IMG/VR virus record: IMGVR_UViG_3300018476_000004
Coordinates: 1 to 46,378 of that record
Origin: a virus
Direction: 5' to 3' (one strand)
DNA: 46,378 bases
Position numbers and translations under genes: made by a program
The notes under the pieces: generated by a model
Database searches by the model: none
Told to the model about the DNA's origin: nothing
The model's input: the letters and a program-made list of their open reading frames with translations, nothing else
Shown: piece by piece, positions 1-8,373 of the stretch
Position numbering within the stretch: the stretch's first letter is position 1
Layout of the letters: every line of letters starts with the position of its first letter

Positions 1-123
1 CCGAGGCGGTGACGGCGTTGGTTCCATTCGAGCCGATCATGCGCTGGTTTGCTTTTGGGCATCTACCGCCCAAGCTCGCCGATGTGTCGTGTTGGTTTGC
101 CGTGCTCGCAGTGGAAGTGACCG
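1..123. repeat. Terminal direct repeat, copy 1 (identical to 46256..46378)
   Basis: Base-by-base identity read from the sequence; consistent with circular assembly overlap or a short terminal redundancy. Confidence 0.95.
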
Positions 124-230
124 CGCTACCACGATGCGCCGAGCGCACCGTCGCGTTGCGAAAATTGCTCGAGGCAAAAGACGCGGCGGTACGGGCCGCG
201 ATGATCGAGGCCGATCAACCCACACCATAA
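1..230 (+). CDS. Hypothetical protein, C-terminal part of the junction-spanning ORF (starts at 46228)
   Basis: ORF 9..230 is in the same frame as ATG 46228 once the 123-bp overlap is collapsed; total 85 aa. Confidence 0.6.
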   Translation, partial: EAVTALVPFEPIMRWFAFGHLPPKLADVSCWFAVLAVEVTALPRCAERTVALRKLLEAKDAAVRAAMIEADQPTP

Positions 231-340
231 ATGTCTGACCTCGCCGACCGAGTGCCCGCGGCCCGACGCGGATCCTCCTAGCCAGCTGATCACCAAGCCA
301 CGCGAGCGGGTATTGCCCCGCGGATCTCGGCGGCGAGGTC

Positions 341-357
341 GGGCCCCATAGGGGCCC
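341..357 (+). terminator. GC-rich hairpin GGGCCCC-ATA-GGGGCCC followed by a T-containing tract; weak intrinsic-terminator or protein-binding candidate
   Basis: 7-bp perfect stem, 3-nt loop, in the 181-bp non-coding gap between 230 and 412. Confidence 0.3.
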
Positions 358-411
358 CTGTTGTGTCGTGGTGGGTGGATCGGATCGTCCGCGCGTCGTG
401 CGAGGTGACAC

Positions 412-1383
412 ATGCCTGCAGTCAAACAAGAGGTCGTCACGGTCAAAGGCGAGATCACGCGTTGGCGCGCGATCAACGACGGTTGGGGCTTTGGTGTGCT
501 GCGCGGGCCCGAGGGCCCCGTTGCATTCACAGGCAAGCTACTGGCCCGCGTCGGTGACACCGTCGAACTCGAGGGCGTATGGAACGAGCACGAGCGTTTC
601 GGGCTGCAGCTCAAGGTTCGAGCGTGCACCGTCGCGCGGGCCGATACGACCGATGGGATCATCGCGTGGCTTTCGTCGACGTTGCCCAACATCGGGCCCG
701 GTCGCGCGCAAGCCCTCGTTGACCGCTTTGGCGTCGGGTTGTGGGACGTGATCGAGCAACGGCCACACGAACTCGCCGAGGTCAAGGGAATCACCGCAGA
801 CCGCCTCGACGCGATAGTTGCCGCCTACCGCGAGCACCGGGCCGAACGTGACTACATGATCCGTTTGCGCGGTTGGGGCTTGACCGACAGTCAGATCGCC
901 CGTTGTCGGGAGGTCGACGCGTGGCGCGTGGCGCGTTTCCAACCCGTGCCATTGAGTGAGATCGTCGATCGCGTACACGCCAATCCCTATGAACTATCGC
1001 AACACGTGTACGGGTTTGGTTTCGTGCGCGCTGATCAAGTCGCCAAGCGCGCCGGGATCCCGCACGAGTCGCCGGCACGCATCGCCGCCGGCGTCGAGCA
1101 CGTGCTCGAAGAAGCCGCCGGCGCGGGCGATTGTTTCCTTTGGGGCGCCGAGGTGCAACGGCGCGCAGCAAAGTTGCTCGACGTCGCACCCAAGCTCGTC
1201 GCCGACGGGATCCGCTCGACCGTGGCGAGCGGCCGGATCGCGGCGCGCTCGGCCCGGTATTACCCGCGGCGGCTCGACGAGGCCGAGGACACTTGCGCGG
1301 TGCGCTTGTCGGACATGATCGCGCGCACGCGCGACGCAAACGTAATCGATCTCGCGGCACGACGCCGCCAAGCAAAAGGGTGA
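412..1383 (+). CDS. RecD2-like helicase N-terminal module (OB/SH3-like plus helix-hairpin-helix region) encoded as a separate protein
   Basis: ATG start. Sequence pattern NPYEL..VYGFGFVRADQVA..GI and GITADRLDAIV resemble the HhH N-region of RecD2. No Walker A motif in this ORF. Confidence 0.7.
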   Translation: MPAVKQEVVTVKGEITRWRAINDGWGFGVLRGPEGPVAFTGKLLARVGDTVELEGVWNEHERFGLQLKVRACTVARADTTDGIIAWLSSTLPNIGPGRAQALVDRFGVGLWDVIEQRPHELAEVKGITADRLDAIVAAYREHRAERDYMIRLRGWGLTDSQIARCREVDAWRVARFQPVPLSEIVDRVHANPYELSQHVYGFGFVRADQVAKRAGIPHESPARIAAGVEHVLEEAAGAGDCFLWGAEVQRRAAKLLDVAPKLVADGIRSTVASGRIAARSARYYPRRLDEAEDTCAVRLSDMIARTRDANVIDLAARRRQAKG

Positions 1384-1385
1384 GC

Positions 1386-1670
1386 ATGACAGACGAGGGT
1401 GATCGACCAATCCAATTGCCACCGCCGGGTTTCGTCGGCGTCGCGGGCCCGGCGAACACGCATTACGGCGCGCCCGTCGGCGGTCGCGCGCGTAGCGTCG
1501 CGCACGAGGCGCTCGATCAATGGCTCGACCGGTGCGGTGCCGTGCCGGTGAAATGGGACGATGGCATATGGCACACGCTCAAGTTCGAGGCCGCGATCGC
1601 CGGATATGACGACGACGGCGAGAGGCTTTGGTCGATCAACGTCGAGCGACGCGAGCGCGAGGAACTATGA
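1386..1670 (+). CDS. Hypothetical small protein, paralogue of 1667..1930
   Basis: ATG 3 nt after the upstream stop. Shares AHEALDQWLD / AHRALDRWLD and a C-terminal DD.G...ER motif with the next ORF. Confidence 0.6.
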   Translation: MTDEGDRPIQLPPPGFVGVAGPANTHYGAPVGGRARSVAHEALDQWLDRCGAVPVKWDDGIWHTLKFEAAIAGYDDDGERLWSINVERREREEL

Positions 1671-1930
1671 CTTTTACCGGTTGCCCTGTCTGTCACAGTC
1701 AACGCGGCGACGACGGCGATTGCCCCCTGTGTGACAAACCATGGGGCCCGATAGTTCGCGGGGACGCGCATCGCGCGCTTGATCGTTGGCTTGACGAGGC
1801 GGAACGCGAAGCGCCCGCCGCACACGCCGCCGGTCGCTCGGGCTACCTCGGGCGGATCAAGCTTTGCGCATTTGTCGACGACGCGGGGATCACTCTGCGC
1901 ATTGAACGGTCGTTCTCGGAGGGTCTGTGA
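1667..1930 (+). CDS. Hypothetical small Cys-rich protein (CPVC...CPLC), paralogue of 1386..1670
   Basis: ATGA overlap with the upstream stop and GTGA overlap with the downstream helicase start. Confidence 0.6.
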   Translation: MTFTGCPVCHSQRGDDGDCPLCDKPWGPIVRGDAHRALDRWLDEAEREAPAAHAAGRSGYLGRIKLCAFVDDAGITLRIERSFSEGL

Positions 1931-3150
1931 ACGCCCCCGCCGCAGCGATCACGCTCGACCCGTCGCAACACCGCGCGGTCGAGCTCACGTGCACCGCACC
2001 GATCGGGATCGTCACCGGCGGGCCGGGCACCGGCAAGTCGACGTGTCTACGGTACGCGCTCGATATCCTCGACGACCGCGGCGAGCGGTACGAGCTCGCC
2101 GCGCCGACGGGCAAAGCCGCCAAGCGCGTCAACGAAACGACCGGGCGGCCGGCGCGCACGATGCACCGTTTGCTCGAGTTCTCACCGCGGCTTGGCTGGC
2201 AACGCAACACCGACAACCCGCTCGACACCGACGTCGTCGTGATTGACGAATCTTCCATGATCGACGTCGAGCTCGCGGCGCGCTTGCTCGAGGCGATCAA
2301 TCCCGAGCGCACGCGGTTGATCTTGATCGGCGACGCCGATCAGTTGCCGCCCGTCGGGCCCGGGCGGGTATTCGGTGACCTCGTCGACGCGGGTATCGTG
2401 CCGACGGCGCGGCTTACGACGTTACACCGCGCCGCGCTGGAATCGTGGGTGTGTGCCAACGCGCCGCGCGTGCTCGCCGGCGACATGCCCGACCTCACGC
2501 CGCGCAAAGATTTTTTGTGGATCGAGTGCGAGCGCGCCGACGACGTGCTTACGCAAGTGCGGCACATGGTGTGCGAGCACATCCCCGAATTCATCGGCGA
2601 CGAGGTGCAAACCCTGATCCCACAACGACCGGGCGTCGCCGGGATCCTTGCGGCGAACCGGGTGCTACAGGCACAGCTCAACCCGCGCGCGGCCGACGCG
2701 CCATTTATCCAACGCGGCCGCGACGGCGACGACGACCGTGCCGAGTTGCGCGCCGGCGACCGCGTGATTCAGACCAAAAACAATTACGACCTCGGCGTGT
2801 TCAACGGCGAGGTCGGCGAGGTCGGCGACATTCTCGGCGGCAAAGTGCTCGTGAACTTTTTTGGCCGCGAATCGATCTTGTACACGCTCGAGCAAGCCAA
2901 CGCGCTGCACCTCGCGTACGCGTTGACCATTCACCGCGCTCAAGGTTCAGAATTTCCGTGGGTCGTCGTCGTGTGTCACTCGACGCACTCATACATTTTG
3001 TCGCGGCAACTGATCTACACGGCGATCACGCGCGCGAAAAAAGGCGTCGTGCTGATCGGTGACGACAAAGGATTGCGGCGCGCGTTGTCGGACGCAAAGC
3101 CGCTCAAACGTTACACGGGGTTGATAGAACGGATCCGAGGTGAGTTATGA
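1927..3150 (+). CDS. RecD-like SF1 DNA helicase motor (lacks the N-terminal region)
   Basis: Walker A GGPGTGKST, motif II VVIDESSM, GDADQLPPVG, QTKNNYDLGVFNGEVG (SH3-like insert), TIHRAQGSEF, YTAITRAKK. Confidence 0.9.
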   Translation: MNAPAAAITLDPSQHRAVELTCTAPIGIVTGGPGTGKSTCLRYALDILDDRGERYELAAPTGKAAKRVNETTGRPARTMHRLLEFSPRLGWQRNTDNPLDTDVVVIDESSMIDVELAARLLEAINPERTRLILIGDADQLPPVGPGRVFGDLVDAGIVPTARLTTLHRAALESWVCANAPRVLAGDMPDLTPRKDFLWIECERADDVLTQVRHMVCEHIPEFIGDEVQTLIPQRPGVAGILAANRVLQAQLNPRAADAPFIQRGRDGDDDRAELRAGDRVIQTKNNYDLGVFNGEVGEVGDILGGKVLVNFFGRESILYTLEQANALHLAYALTIHRAQGSEFPWVVVVCHSTHSYILSRQLIYTAITRAKKGVVLIGDDKGLRRALSDAKPLKRYTGLIERIRGEL

Positions 3151-3344
3151 CGACGACGCGACCAAGGCACGAGTGTTGCCCGAATGCGACGCAATGGTTG
3201 AAAGCGTTCAAGGCTCGAGCGTTTCCGAATGCGTATCGATGGCACATGTGCGGCTTAACAATTCTTTTTTGCCCTTGGTGTGCGGCTGCGCTCGAGGTTG
3301 AGCGCAAACGTAAAAACCTGCACGTTGCCGGGTCGGAACCATGA
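3147..3344 (+). CDS. Hypothetical small Cys-rich protein
   Basis: ATGA overlaps at both ends. Confidence 0.5.
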   Translation: MTTTRPRHECCPNATQWLKAFKARAFPNAYRWHMCGLTILFCPWCAAALEVERKRKNLHVAGSEP

Positions 3345-3592
3345 CCCGCGGGTATCGCGACGAGGGGTTTCGACACACCGACGGCGACGTCGACGACGAG
3401 CCCGTGCGGATCCGCGACGTGAGCTCGGTCGGCGAAACCGAGCACGCGGTGTTGTGTCGGATCCCGGGCCGGCGTAGCGAGCTGTGGATCCCTAAATCCC
3501 AAATACACGACGACTCGGATGTGTACGCCGACGACCAAACCGGCACGCTCGTGATCACGGCATGGCTCGCCGAAAAAGAGGATCTGCCATGA
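3341..3592 (+). CDS. Hypothetical small protein (WIPKSQI motif)
   Basis: ATGA overlaps at both ends; non-repetitive composition. Confidence 0.6.
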   Translation: MTRGYRDEGFRHTDGDVDDEPVRIRDVSSVGETEHAVLCRIPGRRSELWIPKSQIHDDSDVYADDQTGTLVITAWLAEKEDLP

Positions 3593-4011
3593 CCGCGCCC
3601 GTGCCCGATCACCGGTGCCCGTGGCCCGGGTGCATTGATATGGTGCCCGCGCACCTATGGGGCTGCCGCGATCATTGGTACCGACTGCCGCGCGGGATCC
3701 GCCGTAAAATATTCAGCGCGTACCGCCTCGGGCAAACCGTCGCGACCGCGAGCTCGGCGTACCTCGACGCGCTCGCCGACGCCGATCGGTGGATGGTGCA
3801 CGAGGTCGCACAAACCCGGGCCAGCACGACGCCGAGGCTCGACCGCGTGCTCGCCGAGGCCGAGGCCGCGTTGCGGTCGAGGGGCGCGGCCGATCCGGGT
3901 GACGGTGACCCGCGTGGATGGTGCGCGTGCGGTGACCGTGCCCTCGACGGTAAAGCGACGTGCGGACGCGTGCAGTGTGGCCCCTCGACCGGGCGGCGGG
4001 TGCGGGCGTGA
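3589..4011 (+). CDS. Hypothetical protein with Cys/His cluster (CPWPGC...WGCRDHW)
   Basis: ATGA overlap upstream, GTGA overlap downstream. Confidence 0.6.
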   Translation: MTAPVPDHRCPWPGCIDMVPAHLWGCRDHWYRLPRGIRRKIFSAYRLGQTVATASSAYLDALADADRWMVHEVAQTRASTTPRLDRVLAEAEAALRSRGAADPGDGDPRGWCACGDRALDGKATCGRVQCGPSTGRRVRA

Positions 4012-4319
4012 CCGACCCGCCGCGCCCGCTCGCCAAGGGGGAACAAATCTGCCCGGTATGCGGCGATCGCTTGCCGGTCGAGCTCACGCGGTTTTCGTGC
4101 GTCGGCCGCGGGCACCATGTCGCTGTGATGCCAACGCTTTACCCCGTGTACCCGAGGCCGATCGAGGTCGAGCGTGGTTTCGCGCACGCCCGCCAAAATC
4201 TCATTTGGTCGGCAACCTCGCTCGTCGTGCTCGTGTGCGCGCTATGGCTGTTTAGCGTGTGCCAAGCCCCGCGGCCGCCCGAGCCTCGAGCATCAACGCC
4301 CGAGTCGGGTGCGTCGTGA
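4008..4319 (+). CDS. Hypothetical protein with CPVC motif and a C-terminal TM helix
   Basis: GTG start in GTGA overlap; hydrophobic stretch LIWSATSLVVLVCALWLFSV. Confidence 0.5.
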   Translation: MTDPPRPLAKGEQICPVCGDRLPVELTRFSCVGRGHHVAVMPTLYPVYPRPIEVERGFAHARQNLIWSATSLVVLVCALWLFSVCQAPRPPEPRASTPESGAS

Positions 4320-4519
4320 CGCGCCTCGGGCCCGGTGTGCCGCCGGATCCCAACGATCCGATCGAGCAGCTCGAGGTGATCCGCCGGGCCATACACGCAC
4401 TATCGGCCGCGCTGCACGCCCGCGGGTTGAAACTCGAAACGGTCGATACAGCGGCGACGACACACTCGTGTGTGGTTCGATCATTTTCCAAACGACCGCC
4501 GGCGACACCGTGTTGCTAG
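4316..4519 (+). CDS. Hypothetical small protein
   Basis: GTG start in GTGA overlap with the upstream stop. Confidence 0.4.
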   Translation: MTRLGPGVPPDPNDPIEQLEVIRRAIHALSAALHARGLKLETVDTAATTHSCVVRSFSKRPPATPCC

Positions 4520-4547
4520 TCGGCGCCGAGTCGGTCGAGGTGCAGTC

Positions 4548-4778
4548 GTGACCTCGACACCGAGTCACACGCCGATCACCGTCGAGCACATCGGCTACCG
4601 CGTGCGGTGCGTCAAGTGCGGCCGCCCGGGCGAGATCGACGACGTCAGCTCGGCGGGCGCGGTGATCGTGCGGCACGACGCGGTGACATGGTGCCTCGTC
4701 GCGCCGACCGAGGTGCAGCCGCTTGAGTTTTGGTGGGCACGCGACCCGCGCGACGGGCCGACGAGGCCCGGGCCATGA
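4548..4778 (+). CDS. Hypothetical small protein (CVKCG motif)
   Basis: GTG preceded by GAGGTG about 8 nt upstream; ATGA overlap with the next gene. The longer 4470 start adds only Arg-rich sequence. Confidence 0.5.
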   Translation: MTSTPSHTPITVEHIGYRVRCVKCGRPGEIDDVSSAGAVIVRHDAVTWCLVAPTEVQPLEFWWARDPRDGPTRPGP

Positions 4779-5002
4779 CCCGCGGTCGCCGACGAGGCCC
4801 GGGCATGCCCGAGCCCCCCGAGCCCGAGCTCGACCGCCTCGTGTCACTGGCCGAGGCCGCCGACCGCCTCGCCGTGTGCGTGCGTACGCTGGAACGGATG
4901 ATCGCCCGCCGCGAGCTACGCGTCGTGCGGGTCGGGCACGGGCGCGGCGTGCGGCGGGTGCGCGCGAGTGACCTCGCGCGAATCATGGGTACGGGCACAT
5001 GA
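4775..5002 (+). CDS. xis: Excisionase-like / MerR-type helix-turn-helix DNA-binding protein
   Basis: LVSLAEAADRLAVCVRTLERMIARRELRVVRVG..RRVRASDL matches the excisionase-family HTH pattern; lies about 0.5 kb from the integrase. Confidence 0.65.
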   Translation: MTRGRRRGPGMPEPPEPELDRLVSLAEAADRLAVCVRTLERMIARRELRVVRVGHGRGVRRVRASDLARIMGTGT

Positions 5003-5154
5003 GCTCGGTGCGCTGGATCGAACGTTATTTGGCCAAGCGCAAACGCGCTCGGGAACGCTCGTACTACCAACGTATGACGCCCACGCAGCGCGCCGCACGG
5101 TTTGCGAATAACGCGCGTTATAAACGCGAGACACGTGCTCGCCGGCTAGCGTAG
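4999..5154 (+). CDS. Hypothetical 51-aa highly basic protein (below the ORF-track length cutoff)
   Basis: ATGA overlap with the xis-like stop; read by hand as MSSVRWIERYLAKRKRARERSYYQRMTPTQRAARFANNARYKRETRARRLA. Confidence 0.4.
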   Translation: MSSVRWIERYLAKRKRARERSYYQRMTPTQRAARFANNARYKRETRARRLA

Positions 5155-5175
5155 TGCGGTGTAGCCTCGCGGCCC

Positions 5176-5511
5176 ATGACCCGCCCGACCCGCCCGCCCA
5201 AACCGATCCGCGTGTTGGTATACGAGCCCGGCAAACCCGGCGTCGAGCGTGACGTGCCCAACGAGCTCGGCGCGATGCATGCGATCGTCGGCGGGCACCT
5301 CGAAACCGTGCACTTACAGATCGACTTTCCCGACTTGCTCGTCGTGTGCAACGACAACGGGCAACGCCTCGGCCTTGCATTCAACCGCGGGATCCTCGGC
5401 ACGTTTTTTGTCGTGCGTCGAGCGGGCGCGGAATTCGCGTCACTCACCGACGCCGACGTGCGCCTCGTGCACACGTTGGCGGGTGTGATCTGGCATGACG
5501 ACGTTTGGTGA
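5176..5511 (+). CDS. DUF3846-like protein
   Basis: IRVLVYEPGKPGVERDVPNELGAMHAIVGGHLE...NDNGQRLGLAFNRGILGTFFVV...SLTDAD resembles the DUF3846 pattern (from memory). Confidence 0.6.
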   Translation: MTRPTRPPKPIRVLVYEPGKPGVERDVPNELGAMHAIVGGHLETVHLQIDFPDLLVVCNDNGQRLGLAFNRGILGTFFVVRRAGAEFASLTDADVRLVHTLAGVIWHDDVW

Positions 5512-5515
5512 CCGG

Positions 5516-6946
5516 TCAAAACCGCGGGCACGTCGCGAGGTCGATCGCGGGCCATGTGCCGTCGGCCGACTGCCCGAGAGATAGCTGCATCGCGGCCTCG
5601 GTCGTGCGCGCCTCGTGCGATATCCGTTGCACGACGCCGACGTAGTGTTTTTGTGCGATCGTGACCGAGTGCCCGAGTTGCCGCGCGGACATGTACGGCG
5701 CGGCGTCGCCCCAGATCGCCGGCGCACACGTGAGATACGTGCCGCACGTGCACCGAAGTTTTTTGTAATCGAATTCGGGCGCACCGAATTCGGCGATCAC
5801 GCGGTGCCGGGCGACGAGCAACGACTTAATGCTCGCTTGCAAAATCGTGCCCGTGCGGCCCGCGTATGCTGACACGAGGTGCGCTAGCAGCGGCGAGTGA
5901 CCGGTGTCGATCACACGCTCGACGCCGGTTTTACTGACCTCGGCGCGCACCGTGATCAACACGTTGCCGTCGTCGTCGAGCCCGATATCGCGCCACTCGA
6001 TCCAAATCGCCTCGTCGGGGCGTAGCCCGGTGAGCAAGAAAAAAAGCACGATCGCCAGCATGCGCCCGTCGCACTGGCTGATCCGCCCGCCTCGGGTGCG
6101 CTGGCGCGGCGGTGCGGCGTCGTACCGCACGCACGCGGCGAGGATGGCGCGTAGCTCGGCGACCCGCGAGAAACCGCGCTTGACGTGATCCTCGTCGAGT
6201 TGCGCGAGCCCGTCGGCGATATCGTCGCGGGTCAAGTGGATCTTTTCCTGGGTGCGTAGCTCGCCGAGCACCGCCGACAAACCGCGCAGCTCGCGGTTGA
6301 CCGTCGCATGTGCCCTCGGGCCGGTGCGGCCGCACGCCGGGTCGAGCTCGGCGGCAACACGCGAGCCCGCCCATGCCCGCAATACACCCTTGGTGAGTTG
6401 CCGCACCCGCTCGATCGCGAGCCCGGGCGTCGCACACCATGCGAGAAACAGATCACACGCGGTGCGGTATTCCGTTTGGGTGCGCGGGCGGTTTTGCTTA
6501 CCCCACCCGGCGAAATACAGCGCGAACACGTCGGCGATCAAGTCGTCGCCCGAGTAGCGCGGCGTCGCGCCCGCGGCGAGCTCGGCGCGACGGGCCTCGA
6601 GTGACTTGTGTTTATCGATCGCCCAATCGCGGCGGGTTTCAATCGTGCCGGGTTGCACCTTGGCGGGTAGTCGCTCGTAGGTGACCGCGGGCACCCAATT
6701 GCCGGCGGCGTCGCGCACGGGCGGCCGATCCGGATCCTCGTACCGAGCTCGCCAATAGGGTTGTTTCGGGCCCGACGGCGGGATCAGCTTCACGCCGCGG
6801 TGCCTCGGGTCACCGTGCCGGCGTCGTCGCTTGCCGGGCTTGCTAGGCGCCTTAGCGGGCTCACCCGCGGGCGGCGGTGCGCCGAGCGGGTCGAGCGGTG
6901 CGTTTTGCGGTACGAGGCGGAGTCGCGATCCGTCACGGTTTGTCAT
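5516..6946 (-). CDS. int: Tyrosine recombinase / phage integrase
   Basis: LTGLRPDEA (Arg I), LRCTCGTYL and LGHSVTIAQKHY (His/Arg/Tyr region), N-terminal SAM-like region. Confidence 0.9.
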   Translation of the reverse strand: MTNRDGSRLRLVPQNAPLDPLGAPPPAGEPAKAPSKPGKRRRRHGDPRHRGVKLIPPSGPKQPYWRARYEDPDRPPVRDAAGNWVPAVTYERLPAKVQPGTIETRRDWAIDKHKSLEARRAELAAGATPRYSGDDLIADVFALYFAGWGKQNRPRTQTEYRTACDLFLAWCATPGLAIERVRQLTKGVLRAWAGSRVAAELDPACGRTGPRAHATVNRELRGLSAVLGELRTQEKIHLTRDDIADGLAQLDEDHVKRGFSRVAELRAILAACVRYDAAPPRQRTRGGRISQCDGRMLAIVLFFLLTGLRPDEAIWIEWRDIGLDDDGNVLITVRAEVSKTGVERVIDTGHSPLLAHLVSAYAGRTGTILQASIKSLLVARHRVIAEFGAPEFDYKKLRCTCGTYLTCAPAIWGDAAPYMSARQLGHSVTIAQKHYVGVVQRISHEARTTEAAMQLSLGQSADGTWPAIDLATCPRF

Positions 6947-7302
6947 GGGTGCGTGTTATTCCTACTGCGCGGGGTAGCAGTAAAAACCTAGTGGTTACTA
7001 GCTAGGTTTATCGCGCCAACGAGATATAACACGGGCTCGCGATTACCGCGACCCGCGACCTCAAAATACTGGGATGGTTGCCGCCGTGGATAAACAAACC
7101 GTAATACTTACGGGGGTGAGCACGGTGCGCGCGGTCAGCGCGGTTCGTTGAGCGGTTCGATTTGCCGGGATTGCACGGGCGATCGCTTTTGGTAACACTC
7201 GGGCCCGGCGGCGTCGAGGGCACGCGGGCTCGGATACCGGGCTCGCAGCATGTCAGGGCGTGCGCGCCGCCGGTGCGACCTCGCCGCCGCCGCCAACGCC
7301 CG
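6947..7302. other. Integrase-proximal non-coding region, probable attP plus int regulatory sites
   Basis: 356 bp without a convincing ORF. Palindromes AAACCTAG/CTAGGTTT (6984..7009) and CCGTAATACTTACGG (7099..7113), GCGGT(T/C) repeats at 7131, 7140 and 7152, and the GTTTATC-N10-GATATAAC operator-like site 7006..7030. Confidence 0.5.
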
Positions 7303-7536
7303 TCACCGCGGCCGCGGGTGTACAGGGCACGGCAACGGATACGGAAACCCGACGAGGCACGTGCACTCTGCGGCGGGTATGGGCGCGGGCGGCGCGGGCG
7401 CGGGCGCAACAGGCATGGCGGGCGTCGCCGAAACCCACACGACGCTGTAAGCGATACCGTCACGCTCGACGATCATACCGACGTCGTCGATCTCGATTCG
7501 GATCCCTCGGCATTGCATATGCGCGCGCGCGGTCAT
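7303..7536 (-). CDS. Hypothetical small protein at the end of the tail module (possible fibre chaperone)
   Basis: ATG 3 nt after the upstream stop. The N-terminal half looks protein-like; the C-terminal half is Pro/Ala-rich. Confidence 0.35.
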   Translation of the reverse strand: MTARAHMQCRGIRIEIDDVGMIVERDGIAYSVVWVSATPAMPVAPAPAPPAPIPAAECTCLVGFPYPLPCPVHPRPR

Positions 7537-7539
7537 GGG

Positions 7540-8373
7540 TCACTGAATCCGCATGCGTTCGAGCACCTGCTCGAGCCCGTCGAGGTCCTGGCCGGCAAGC
7601 AACGCATTCCAGTGACCCATCGCCGCGAGCGTGCACGAGCCTACGGAAAATCCCGTCTGATGCGCGTTGATCATGTGCGCGCCACCGGCCAGCTGTTGGG
7701 GGCCGTCGCCGCTCGAGTGAATCACTAGCTCTTGTTTGTTCTGTCGCCCGCGGGTTTGCAGCATGGTCGCGCCGGCTGCCTTGAGAAACACCGCAGCACT
7801 CGGCACGGTTGCTTGCGCGACCACGCTTGTTAGCCGAAGGAACGGGCCACCAAAACTAATATACAATCGCGGCGGCCCAGCGTTGTATGACGAGCTTGTC
7901 CACTGCTGATTTGAAGTGTTGCCAGCGCCGAACGCAAAGCCGTGACCGGCTTCATCGATCGCGCCAGTCAGCTGAAAACTCGTGAGCGCTGGCGAGCCAG
8001 TCGGGAATCCCAGTCCGCTATTCACATACAGCTTGTTTGTCGTTGTGAAGTTTAGCAGCGGAGTGCGACCAAACTTCAGCAGCTGCTGCGTCGCGCCGTC
8101 GTACACCTTCGGATAGTCAGCGGCGCCACTGTAAAACGAGGCGTGGTACCCGTTGCCGGACTGGTCGTAAAGCACGGCGCAGTGTCCGTTCTGCGTCGTG
8201 CAGAATGCTTTGATGTCGGCTTGCGAATAGCAGTCCTGTTCCACAGCGTCAGCGCGCCGCACTTTGACGGCCGGCCCACGATAGCCAAGGCTAAGGCGCT
8301 CGACACTCCACAGTGCACGCGGCAGCGTCGCGACTAGCTGCATGAGTTGCGGCGATCGGGGCGGTTGAATCAT
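7540..8373 (-). CDS. Distal tail protein with concanavalin-like (LamG / GH54-AbfB-like) signature; candidate receptor-binding or glycan-binding protein
   Basis: ATGA overlap with the upstream fibre gene; motif VLYDQSGNGYHA; visibly lower GC than its neighbours. Confidence 0.55.
   Translation of the reverse strand: MIQPPRSPQLMQLVATLPRALWSVERLSLGYRGPAVKVRRADAVEQDCYSQADIKAFCTTQNGHCAVLYDQSGNGYHASFYSGAADYPKVYDGATQQLLKFGRTPLLNFTTTNKLYVNSGLGFPTGSPALTSFQLTGAIDEAGHGFAFGAGNTSNQQWTSSSYNAGPPRLYISFGGPFLRLTSVVAQATVPSAAVFLKAAGATMLQTRGRQNKQELVIHSSGDGPQQLAGGAHMINAHQTGFSVGSCTLAAMGHWNALLAGQDLDGLEQVLERMRIQ

Noticed and set aside
231-281. 16-codon ATG ORF immediately after the junction gene
   Set aside because: It is too short, has no RBS or coupling, and sits in a gap that looks regulatory or terminator-like.
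7131-7165. tRNA-like 3' fragment (GGTTCGATT resembles a T-loop) as the attP core
   Set aside because: The flanking bases do not form a T-stem or an acceptor stem on either strand. More likely these are short GCGGTTCG direct repeats.
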